Below are positions 1 to 8,263 of a stretch of DNA of 32,000 nucleotides, piece after piece; position 1 is the first letter of the stretch; each line of letters begins with the position of its first letter. Source of the stretch: Dubosiella newyorkensis. GTDB taxonomy: Bacteria > Bacillota_I > Bacilli_A > Erysipelotrichales > Erysipelotrichaceae. The stretch covers positions 13,906 to 45,905 of the forward strand of contig NZ_MPKA01000059.1 of the NCBI RefSeq assembly GCF_001945605.1, in the 5' to 3' direction. A program made the position numbers and the translations under genes. The notes under the pieces are model-generated. The model was not told the DNA's origin and did not search any database. It saw nothing but the letters and a program-made list of their open reading frames with translations.

Positions 1-1
1 G

Positions 2-295
2 CTAACAGGAAAGGGAAGCAACATTCCTGTATTGAAGGATATGGAAACGAGTTTCAACGCGGAAGCGATCGTTTATGAACCTTCAACGATCGGCGCTCGA
101 GATGGTGCTTTGATCGCAGATCTTGGCGCAGCCTATGTATGGCAGGATACGAATCGGATCCGTCAGGACGATCGGATCTCTGTCAACAACAACGAATTGG
201 AGGCGAGCATCGATTCCATCAACCAAAAAGCAAAAGATGGCGATGGCGGCTTCACTCGAAAAATGAAAAGTGTCATTTTGTCGGATAAAGATTAG
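2..295 (+). CDS. ftsA: Cell division protein FtsA, C-terminal fragment (5' end lies outside the window)
   Basis: The frame is open from the window edge (nt 2) to TAG 293-295. The translation [14 protein letters not shown]...[22 protein letters not shown] matches the conserved C-terminal FtsA segment (LTGG..PG....IGVRDP.Y..GLI pattern). It ends in a basic amphipathic tail ([11 protein letters not shown]) like the FtsA membrane-targeting helix, and it lies directly upstream of ftsZ. Confidence 0.8.
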   Translation, partial: LTGKGSNIPVLKDMETSFNAEAIVYEPSTIGARDGALIADLGAAYVWQDTNRIRQDDRISVNNNELEASIDSINQKAKDGDGGFTRKMKSVILSDKD

Positions 296-315
296 TAACA
301 GGAGGAACTGAGAAT

Positions 316-1434
316 ATGCCAGAATTTAATCAAGTAGCGAATATTAAAGTCTTCGGTGTGGGAGGCGGCGGAAGCAATGCCGTGAACCGTATGGTTGCCG
401 ATGGAGTAAAAGGAGTCGATTTCTTCATCTGCAATACCGATGTACAAGTGATGAAAAACTCGCCTGCCGAAAACAAGATCGTTTTAGGTAAAGAAACGAC
501 TAAGGGACTTGGCGCCGGCGGAAATCCAGAATATGGACGTAAAGCGGCAGAAGAGTCCGAAAACGAGATCCGTGACGCTGTCAATGGAGCCGATATGGTC
601 TTCATCACAGCAGGAATGGGCGGTGGAACAGGAACTGGCGCGGCTCCTCTTGTTGCGAAGATCGCAAAAGAAGAAGGGGCTTTGACCGTTGCGGTCGTAA
701 CTCGTCCTTTCACATTTGAAGGAAGAAGAAGAGCCAACAATGCTGCAGAAGGGATCGATGAACTTAAAAAGTATGTAGATTCTTTGATCATCGTTTCAAA
801 TGATAACCTTCTTGAAGTGATCGGAAGAAAACCAATCGAAGAAGCGTTCCAAGCAGCGGATAACGTGCTTCGTCAAGGTGTTCAGACGATTTCCGATCTT
901 ATTGCTGTCCCTGCGCTGATCAATCTTGACTTTGCGGATGTAAGAAGCGTGATGCAGAATCAAGGTCGCGCTTTGATTGGTATTGGTATGGCTGAAGGAG
1001 AAGACAAGGCAGTGGTTGCGGCTGAAAAGGCGATCCAATCTCCTCTTCTCGAAGCGCAGATCAGTGGCGCAAAATCAGCGATCATCAATATTACAGGTGG
1101 CGATAAAGTTTCGCTTTATGATGCGCAAAACGCAGTGGCTGTAATCCAAGATGCGGCTGGTGGCGATGTGGACTGCATTTTCGGTATTGCGATCAATGAG
1201 CAGCTCGGCGATGCGGTGATCGTTACGGTAATCGCGACTGGATTTGAAGAACCAGTAAAAAATAACACAAGAAAGAAAAGAAATGAAAATCCGCAAGTGC
1301 AGCTTGCGCAAAGCAACCAAGCACTATTTACTCAACCGACGATCCAGACGACTGTCAATCCAGGCGTTGTGACAACGGCTGTTGAAGAACCAAATCAGGA
1401 CGATCAAATTCCGAACTTTTTCTTCAATCGTTAA
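316..1434 (+). CDS. ftsZ: Cell division GTPase FtsZ
   Basis: AGGAGG at 302-307 precedes ATG 316. The protein has [13 protein letters not shown] and the tubulin signature [12 protein letters not shown], a variable Q/P/T-rich linker and a conserved C-terminal peptide (DDQIPNFF). Confidence 0.98.
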   Translation: MPEFNQVANIKVFGVGGGGSNAVNRMVADGVKGVDFFICNTDVQVMKNSPAENKIVLGKETTKGLGAGGNPEYGRKAAEESENEIRDAVNGADMVFITAGMGGGTGTGAAPLVAKIAKEEGALTVAVVTRPFTFEGRRRANNAAEGIDELKKYVDSLIIVSNDNLLEVIGRKPIEEAFQAADNVLRQGVQTISDLIAVPALINLDFADVRSVMQNQGRALIGIGMAEGEDKAVVAAEKAIQSPLLEAQISGAKSAIINITGGDKVSLYDAQNAVAVIQDAAGGDVDCIFGIAINEQLGDAVIVTVIATGFEEPVKNNTRKKRNENPQVQLAQSNQALFTQPTIQTTVNPGVVTTAVEEPNQDDQIPNFFFNR

Positions 1435-1437
1435 AAA

Positions 1438-1776
1438 ATGAAAGTCGCTCTATTTGATGCTGCGTTATTGAACACACCTTATATTCAGGCTTTTGTTCAA
1501 GAACACAACATCGGATGTGCTGTCGTTTCCAGTTTATATAAGGATATTGAAAATCCTTTAGATATCGAGATCTTTATTCAGAAGGATCTTTCTATCCAAA
1601 ACTTTGTATTTCAACCGATTAAGGATACATTGATTGTGTTTGATACAAAGACGCAAGCTTGGAAACGATACTACTTTCAGCTATTTTCCTTGGAAGAATC
1701 GGATACGATTTCCGTTTTGGCAGAGCAGATCAATTGTTCGATTGATAAATTTAATGCGAAATATTCAGGAAAATGA
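1438..1776 (+). CDS. Hypothetical small cytoplasmic protein (112 aa), function unknown
   Basis: The ORF starts 3 nt after the ftsZ stop and is followed by a strong terminator. It has no recognisable SD, TM segment or motif. It occupies the position where ylm/sepF/divIVA genes are usually found. Confidence 0.45.
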   Translation: MKVALFDAALLNTPYIQAFVQEHNIGCAVVSSLYKDIENPLDIEIFIQKDLSIQNFVFQPIKDTLIVFDTKTQAWKRYYFQLFSLEESDTISVLAEQINCSIDKFNAKYSGK

Positions 1777-1793
1777 TTTATAGAAGTGAGCGA

Positions 1794-1830
1794 AAAGGGA
1801 GAATAAGAATTCTATTATTCTCCCTTTTTC
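1794..1830 (+). terminator. Rho-independent terminator ending the ftsA-ftsZ-ORF112 unit
   Basis: Perfect 13-bp stem AAAGGGAGAATAA (1794-1806) / TTATTCTCCCTTT (1815-1827), an 8-nt loop, then a T-run. Confidence 0.85.
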
Positions 1831-1935
1831 TGTATTTATAGATATTTCATCAAGTGAATATGTGAAATTATCGAATTCCTCAATACTGAAAGTCTTATAT
1901 GATAAACTTTTAAAGTTGAAAGGGACGTCTTTACT

Positions 1936-3717
1936 ATGAAACAAAAACAAAAGAGAAAAGTGAGAAAAGGAATTCTTTCTAAATTGCTTTCACCGATTCT
2001 ATTTGTTCTTTCTTTAGTGTTGGCTTTTCAGATCTATCGTCTGAATATTTTGCCGGTTCAATATTTGCTGCCGATCTTGATCGTAATTGTTGTGTTGACC
2101 CTTATTTTATTGATTTGCAGCTATACAAAAACACATCGAGTTTGGATCCGAAGATTCACTACATTTATGACCGTCCTTTTGACGATCGTTTATAGTGTTG
2201 GAAATTATTATATTTATAAGACGGATGAATTGTTCGCTCGAATCGATGATCTTGCGACAAAGATAACGAATACGATATCAGTTCGAGTGATGAAGAATTC
2301 ATCGATCAAAGACGCAGATCAGCTCAATGGAGTCAAGGTTGGTGTTTGTCTTTCTCAAGATCAGACAGGAACGCAAAAAATGCTTGATTCCCTTCAGGAT
2401 AAAGGAGTTTCTGTTGAGCAGGAAGATTTTGATAGTCTAACGTCAATGACGGCTGCTTTGTATGATGGGCAGATCGACGCTATGATCTTGAATGACGCCT
2501 ATCTTGGTTTGGTCCATGATACTGAGCCGTTTACATTTATTACAACAGATACGAAAACGGTGGATCAATTGATCTATTATACTGATCGTACACATCAAGT
2601 CGAGGATTCTAAAGATCAAGTCAATGTGACCCAGCAGCCTTTTTCAGTGCTCATCAGCGGCAATGATACATATGGTTCTTTATCGGAAAATTCAAGAAGC
2701 GATGTCAATATGATCGTGACGGTCAATCCAAAAACGGGGGTCATCTTAATGACAAGCATTCCTCGCGATTATTATTTAGAGGTGGATTGTCCAAATCAAA
2801 ATGGCTGTCTAGCTGGTCAAATGGATAAATTGACCCATACTGGAATTCGTGGGGTGGAGACGACAGAAGCTACTTTAGAGAAGGCGCTAGGAATCAATAT
2901 CAACTATACGGTTCGAGTAAATTTTTCTTCGCTTGTTAATCTTGTCGACGCTTTAGGTGGGATCGATATCGATGTTCCAGAAGGTATGGCCGTCAAGACC
3001 TTTTATGCCAATGAGACATTGGAAGGTGTGAAAGAGGGAAGAAATCATTTGGAAGGGGAGCGGGCTTTAGCGTTTGCTCGAGAAAGGCATGCGTATGTAG
3101 ATGGGGATACCCAGCGCGTGCGAAACCAGCAAACCGTGCTTAGAGCGATCATCGATAAGATCACTTCTCCTGCGATCTTGATGAATTATGGGAAGTTTGT
3201 CGATGCGATCGGTGGCGCCTTCGAAACCGATATGCCTGCAAGCCAGATCAAGGATCTGATGCGTTTTCAGTTAGCTCGGAATCCACACTGGAAGTTTGAG
3301 AGTTATTCGCTGCGCGGAGAAGGCAGTACGGAATATTGTGCGGAGCTAGGAGACTATGCGTATGTTACAATGCCGGATGAGTACTCAGTCGAGATCGCCC
3401 GTCAAAAACTACAGGCTGTATTGAATGGAAAGTCGGCAGATTCGATCAAAGACGAGCAAGAGTTAGCGCCTGCAGGAGCTTTTAGCCAAGAAGATACATC
3501 GGAGCAAGACGAGGAAATCAATCAGGAAGAGGATTTCGAGGATCCATATCCAGTTTATGAGAATGCACCGACGTATGATGAACAGATCGACGAGGGGCTG
3601 TCAGCTTACGAAAATGAAGATCCTTTACAATATAACAGTTCTAATGAAGAAGAGGCTTATAATCCGAATTGGTCTTTGGATAGTGAATCTCAACAGTATC
3701 CTTCGTATGGAGAGTAA
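1936..3717 (+). CDS. LytR-CpsA-Psr (LCP) family glycopolymer-peptidoglycan ligase, Cps2A-like architecture (paralog 1)
   Basis: It has a basic N-terminus plus about 3 TM segments and an accessory extracellular domain. The LCP core has LISGNDTYG...SRSDVNMIVTVNP...LMTSIPRDYY and GERALAFARERHAYVDGDTQRVRNQQTVL. The C-terminal tail is acidic and Tyr/Pro-rich. Confidence 0.9.
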   Translation: MKQKQKRKVRKGILSKLLSPILFVLSLVLAFQIYRLNILPVQYLLPILIVIVVLTLILLICSYTKTHRVWIRRFTTFMTVLLTIVYSVGNYYIYKTDELFARIDDLATKITNTISVRVMKNSSIKDADQLNGVKVGVCLSQDQTGTQKMLDSLQDKGVSVEQEDFDSLTSMTAALYDGQIDAMILNDAYLGLVHDTEPFTFITTDTKTVDQLIYYTDRTHQVEDSKDQVNVTQQPFSVLISGNDTYGSLSENSRSDVNMIVTVNPKTGVILMTSIPRDYYLEVDCPNQNGCLAGQMDKLTHTGIRGVETTEATLEKALGININYTVRVNFSSLVNLVDALGGIDIDVPEGMAVKTFYANETLEGVKEGRNHLEGERALAFARERHAYVDGDTQRVRNQQTVLRAIIDKITSPAILMNYGKFVDAIGGAFETDMPASQIKDLMRFQLARNPHWKFESYSLRGEGSTEYCAELGDYAYVTMPDEYSVEIARQKLQAVLNGKSADSIKDEQELAPAGAFSQEDTSEQDEEINQEEDFEDPYPVYENAPTYDEQIDEGLSAYENEDPLQYNSSNEEEAYNPNWSLDSESQQYPSYGE

Positions 3718-3746
3718 AAAAGAGTGTACGAGATACACTCTTTTTC
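3716..3746 (+). terminator. Rho-independent terminator after LCP paralog 1
   Basis: Stem GAGTGTA (3722-3728) / TACACTC (3734-3740), a 5-nt loop, flanking A-run and T5 (3741-3745). Confidence 0.8.
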
Positions 3747-3774
3747 AAAGAGAAAGAGTCGTGTGAGGTGAGAT

Positions 3775-4905
3775 ATGAATAAAGAAAATGCGATCGAAGT
3801 TCGGAATATGTATAAACACTTTACCGTTGAATATGATAAAGCCAATACGTTAAAAGAACGTTTGATCTTTTGGAAAAGAGGAAACAAAGATGTCAAAGAA
3901 GTTTTGAAGGATATTAGTCTTGATATTAAAAAGGGCGAAACTGTGGCTTTGATTGGTACGAATGGAAGTGGAAAATCGACTTTATTAAAGTTAATGACCA
4001 AGATCATTTATCCAAATAAAGGGACTTTAGAAACGGATGGGAAATTGACTTCGCTTTTAGAGCTTGGGGCGGGTTTTCATCCTGATTTTACGGGACGAGA
4101 GAATATTTACTTCAACGCTTCCATCTTTGGCTTGACGCATCAAGAAATCGATAAAAGAATCAATGATATTATCGAGTTTTCTGAATTGGGTGAGAATATC
4201 GACAATCCAATTAGAACGTATTCGTCGGGTATGTATATGCGTTTAGCTTTTTCGGTCGCGATCAATGTGGATGCGGAGATTCTTTTGATCGACGAGATTC
4301 TCGCAGTGGGGGATCAGCATTTTCAGGATAAATGTTTTGCCAAATTAGAAGAATTAAAAAATAGCGATAAAACGATCGTGATCGTTACGCATTCGCTCGA
4401 TGTTGTAAAGAAGCTTTGTGATCGAGCAATATGGATCTATAAAGGAGAATTTCGTTTAGATGGAGATCCAACGTATGTCATCGATGAATATTTAAAGCAA
4501 GTTGAACTCGATCATCAATACGATATAAAAACCGCGATTTTAGAAGGTCGCCATAAAATAAAAGGAGTTATCTATATTGATTCTCCTAAAAATTTCTCAA
4601 AATTGTTTAAGGTTGAGGGGAATTTGGCCTTTCATGGATGGTCGATCCATAATGGGTATGATATTCGTTTAAAGATTTTTTTAGATAATGAACCAGTCGA
4701 AAATTACTCGCATAATCCTCGACCGGATGTTTATAATGCGTATGCAGAAGATTATGCCGGTTTTTTAAATAAAGATACTATTGGATGGTCTTTTGAAATG
4801 CCATACTCTGAACTTTCTTTGGGGAAACATATAATAAAAGCACAATTGGTCGATAAAGAATCGAATATTATTGAAGAAAAAGAAAGTGAATTCACAATAG
4901 AATAG
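3775..4905 (+). CDS. Polysaccharide/teichoic-acid export ABC transporter ATP-binding protein (TagH/Wzt-like) with an extra C-terminal domain
   Basis: SD GAGGTGAG precedes the ATG. It has Walker A GTNGSGKST, signature YSSGMYMRLAFS and Walker B LLIDEILAVGD. About 120 extra C-terminal residues lie beyond the NBD (see findings). Confidence 0.92.
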   Translation: MNKENAIEVRNMYKHFTVEYDKANTLKERLIFWKRGNKDVKEVLKDISLDIKKGETVALIGTNGSGKSTLLKLMTKIIYPNKGTLETDGKLTSLLELGAGFHPDFTGRENIYFNASIFGLTHQEIDKRINDIIEFSELGENIDNPIRTYSSGMYMRLAFSVAINVDAEILLIDEILAVGDQHFQDKCFAKLEELKNSDKTIVIVTHSLDVVKKLCDRAIWIYKGEFRLDGDPTYVIDEYLKQVELDHQYDIKTAILEGRHKIKGVIYIDSPKNFSKLFKVEGNLAFHGWSIHNGYDIRLKIFLDNEPVENYSHNPRPDVYNAYAEDYAGFLNKDTIGWSFEMPYSELSLGKHIIKAQLVDKESNIIEEKESEFTIE

Positions 4906-4916
4906 GAGGGAATCTC

Positions 4917-5705
4917 TTGAAATTATTTAAAGATTTGTATCAATATCGTGAATTATTGAAAACAAATATTAAAAAAGATATCCGCGGCCGATATAAAGGA
5001 TCTTTTCTAGGGATTCTCTGGTCATTTATCAATCCATTGCTGCAAGTAGTGGTTTACTGGATCGTATTTCCATACTTAATGGGAAGAGCTGCCATGGAAG
5101 GTGAAAACTATTTGATCTATTTGATTACTGGGCTTATTCCATGGACCTTTTTTATGACTGTAGTTTCTCAAGGAACAGTGTGCATAAAATCGAATGCGGG
5201 AATTATTAATAAAGTTTATTTTCCAAGAGAAATCCTTCCTATTTCAATGGTGGCGAGTGGTTTGGTCAATTTTTTTATTTCTTGTATCATCATTCTTGTT
5301 TTTTTATTAGGAAGTGGTGTCGGCATTTCTTATCATATCATTTTAGTTCCAGTTATAGCTTGCATTGAAGCTCTTTTGGCTTTAGGTTTGGTTTTTATTT
5401 TAAGTGCTATAAATGTGTATGTGCAGGATGTTGAAAATATCGTTCAATTCCTTTTGAATATGTTGATGTATGGATCTCCGATCATTTATCAACTTAAACA
5501 ATTTGACTCGGCTGGATTTTTATATAAATTGATCGAATGGAATCCTATGACGATCTTGATCACGGCTTATCGAGATGTTTTCATGTATCATCGTTGGGTC
5601 AATTGGCAAGATTTAGGGATTGTATTTCTTTTAGCACTCGTGCTAGTCGTTTTAGGTTATGAAGTCTTCAAGAAATTGGAGAAAGGCTTTGCGGAACAAT
5701 TATAG
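4917..5705 (+). CDS. ABC-2 type polysaccharide/teichoic-acid export permease (TagG/Wzm-like)
   Basis: TTG start 7 nt after AGGAGG (4905-4910). The N-terminus is typical of ABC-2 permeases (RELLKTNIKKDIRGRYKGSFLGILWSFINPLLQ), with about 6 TM segments. It lies directly after the ATPase gene. Confidence 0.88.
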   Translation: MKLFKDLYQYRELLKTNIKKDIRGRYKGSFLGILWSFINPLLQVVVYWIVFPYLMGRAAMEGENYLIYLITGLIPWTFFMTVVSQGTVCIKSNAGIINKVYFPREILPISMVASGLVNFFISCIIILVFLLGSGVGISYHIILVPVIACIEALLALGLVFILSAINVYVQDVENIVQFLLNMLMYGSPIIYQLKQFDSAGFLYKLIEWNPMTILITAYRDVFMYHRWVNWQDLGIVFLLALVLVVLGYEVFKKLEKGFAEQL

Positions 5706-5719
5706 GCAAGGAGAAGTGG

Positions 5720-8263
5720 ATGAGTAATATTTTTAAATCTTGTATTGATTCTATTGAATATAACGATAATCAATTTGAAAAAAATATCCGTTTAACTGGT
5801 TGGTGTTTTTTCGATGAAGGAAAGGTGGCAGAACTATCTATCCTTGTGAATAAAGAACCAATCGATTTTGAGATAACATCGATCCATAGACCAGATGTAT
5901 TAGGCTTATATCAATTTCATGATTCTTTTGAAAAAATAGGGTTTGTCATAACTGTACCATTGGAACATATTCAATTTTTAAAAAAGGTTGATGTTATTGC
6001 GTATTCTAAAAATACATCTGAAACGATTTATAGTTTATCTCATAATCTTCTTCATAAGTATCATAATCGTCAAGTTTTTCATTATTCAATAGATGATATT
6101 AAAAACAATCATGGGCAAATCGTTGTTTCTGGTTTCGTATATGTTCCTACTTTGGAACATGTAACAATAGAATTGTTGAATAAAGCTGGAAGAAGCGTTG
6201 AATACACATATGTTCCTGTACGACGGAGTGATGTCGTTGAACTTTATCAATTAGATTCGAACGATAAACTCATCGGCTTTCAGGTGATATTTACTTCTGT
6301 AGATCCAAAAGAAGCGTACTCTTTAAAATTTATTTATCAAAATGATGAATTAATTATTCCGATCATAGAGAGTAAAAGTGTCTTCTCTCTTGCAAAATCT
6401 TATATTAGGGCAGCCAATCCTAAACGTATTCAAAACGCATTCAATTATTTAACCAGAGAGGGATTTGATCGGTTTCTTGAGCGATTGAAAAAAGGGCCAT
6501 CTCAATTAAGTGATCCAAATGGACCATTATCTTATGATGAATACCATGAATGGTTCAATACAATGGCACCTACTTCTAAAGTACTTGAATCCCAAAAAAA
6601 ATATCATTTTGAGTTTGCGCCAAAAATCAGTCTGATTGTAGCTACTTATAATACGGATCCGAGCTTTTTGAAAGCTATGATTGATTCTGTCATTAACCAA
6701 ACGTATTCTAATTGGGAATTATGCATAGCGGATGGAAGTTCAAATAATCAAGTAGAAGAGTATTTTCGTTCTCATTATGATGATCAAAGAATCAAGTTTA
6801 AACGTTTACATTCCAATTTAGGAATTGCAGGAAATATGAATGCGGCTTTGGAACTATGCACTGGAGAATATATTGCATTTTTTGACCATGATGATTTATT
6901 GACACCGGATGCTCTTTTTGAAAATGTTAAAGTCCTTCAAAATAAAAATGTGAAATTTGTGTATTCAGATGAAGATAAATTAATTAGCGAAATCGGAATT
7001 TACAAAGATCCAAGGTTTAAACCAGATTTCAATCTAACGCTTCTTAGAACGCAGAATTATATTTGTCATTTTTTAGTTGTTTCTAAATCATTGATATCGA
7101 GAATTGGAGCATTTAAGTCAGAGTATGATGGGGCTCAAGATTATGATTTTGTTTTGAGAGCTAGCGAAGTTCTAAAACCGGAAGAGATCTATCATATCCC
7201 AAAAATTCTATATCATTGGAGAATGCATCAAGCTTCTACAGCGGCTAATCCTGAAAGTAAACTATATGCTTTTACGGCGGGAAAAAGGGCTCTTGAAGAT
7301 CATTTGATGCGCTTGAGATTACAAGCAACGGTTGAAATGGGTAAATCACTAGGAATCTATAATGTCCATTATGAGATTGTAGGAAATCCACTAGTTTCTA
7401 TTATTATTCCTAATAAAGATCATATTGATGATTTGGACCGTGCAATCGAATCGATTCAGGAAAAATCTTCTTATAGAAATTTTGAAATGATCATTGTGGA
7501 AAACAATAGTACGGATGAGTCCACTTTTGATTATTATAAAGAAATCGAAAATAAATACCCAAATGTAAAAGTTGTTTATTGGAAAGATGAGTTTAATTAT
7601 TCTGCGATCAATAATTTTGGATTTGAGTTTTCTAAAGGAGATTATATTCTTCTTTTAAATAACGATACAGAAATGATCGAGCCAAATAGTTTGAAAAGTA
7701 TGCTTGGTTATTGTCAGCTAGATGAAGTTGGAGCTGTTGGCGCTAAACTTTTATATCCTGATGATACGATTCAACATGCTGGAGTGATCATGGGATTAGG
7801 CGGAATCGCAAATCATGCTTTTGTTAATTTGAATCGCGAAAATGGGGGCTATTTCAATATGGCTTTTACTGCTAGCGAAGTTAGTGCTGTAACAGCGGCG
7901 TGCATGATGATAAAACGAAGTGTTTTTGAAGAAGTTGGAAAGCTGGATACAGACTTTAAAGTCGCATTTAATGATATTGATCTCTGCATGAAAATAAGAA
8001 AGAAGAATTATTCGATTATTTTTGATCCTCATGCTTTATTTTATCATTTTGAATCAAAGTCAAGAGGTTTAGAAGATACACCTGAAAAAATTGAACGTTT
8101 CAATGGAGAGATTGAACGATTTGAAACAAAATGGAAAGATATTTTAAAAAATGGAGATCCATATTATAATCCTAATTTTTCTTTACGATATCCGGGTGGT
8201 TATTATTTAAAATCGCCGGATGAGTTTTACGCGAATAGGAAAGAACAAGGTGGGGATCATTGA
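5720..8263 (+). CDS. Multidomain glycosyltransferase: two N-terminal small domains plus two GT2 (GT-A) catalytic domains
   Basis: SD AAGGAGAAG. GT2 domain 1 has ISLIVATYNTDPSFLKAMIDSVINQTYSNWELCIADGSS...FFDHDD. GT2 domain 2 has VSIIIPNKDHIDDLDRAIESI...MIIVENNSTDES...LLLNNDTE. This architecture is typical of polymerising enzymes in ABC-transporter-dependent glycan pathways. Confidence 0.88.
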   Translation: MSNIFKSCIDSIEYNDNQFEKNIRLTGWCFFDEGKVAELSILVNKEPIDFEITSIHRPDVLGLYQFHDSFEKIGFVITVPLEHIQFLKKVDVIAYSKNTSETIYSLSHNLLHKYHNRQVFHYSIDDIKNNHGQIVVSGFVYVPTLEHVTIELLNKAGRSVEYTYVPVRRSDVVELYQLDSNDKLIGFQVIFTSVDPKEAYSLKFIYQNDELIIPIIESKSVFSLAKSYIRAANPKRIQNAFNYLTREGFDRFLERLKKGPSQLSDPNGPLSYDEYHEWFNTMAPTSKVLESQKKYHFEFAPKISLIVATYNTDPSFLKAMIDSVINQTYSNWELCIADGSSNNQVEEYFRSHYDDQRIKFKRLHSNLGIAGNMNAALELCTGEYIAFFDHDDLLTPDALFENVKVLQNKNVKFVYSDEDKLISEIGIYKDPRFKPDFNLTLLRTQNYICHFLVVSKSLISRIGAFKSEYDGAQDYDFVLRASEVLKPEEIYHIPKILYHWRMHQASTAANPESKLYAFTAGKRALEDHLMRLRLQATVEMGKSLGIYNVHYEIVGNPLVSIIIPNKDHIDDLDRAIESIQEKSSYRNFEMIIVENNSTDESTFDYYKEIENKYPNVKVVYWKDEFNYSAINNFGFEFSKGDYILLLNNDTEMIEPNSLKSMLGYCQLDEVGAVGAKLLYPDDTIQHAGVIMGLGGIANHAFVNLNRENGGYFNMAFTASEVSAVTAACMMIKRSVFEEVGKLDTDFKVAFNDIDLCMKIRKKNYSIIFDPHALFYHFESKSRGLEDTPEKIERFNGEIERFETKWKDILKNGDPYYNPNFSLRYPGGYYLKSPDEFYANRKEQGGDH

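Noticed and set aside
330-1320. Antisense ORFs inside ftsZ (330..791, 796..1038, 1075..1320, 1116..1316, minus strand).
   Set aside because: They lie entirely opposite an unmistakable, highly conserved ftsZ frame. They have low-complexity or odd composition, no SD and no recognisable motif, so they are shadow ORFs.
3557-3766. Out-of-frame same-strand ORFs overlapping the LCP tails (3557..3766 and 9764..9955) and ORF 25401..25715 inside the GT-C-like gene.
   Set aside because: They are alternative frames of low-complexity or membrane-coding sequence that run through terminators, with no independent translation signals.
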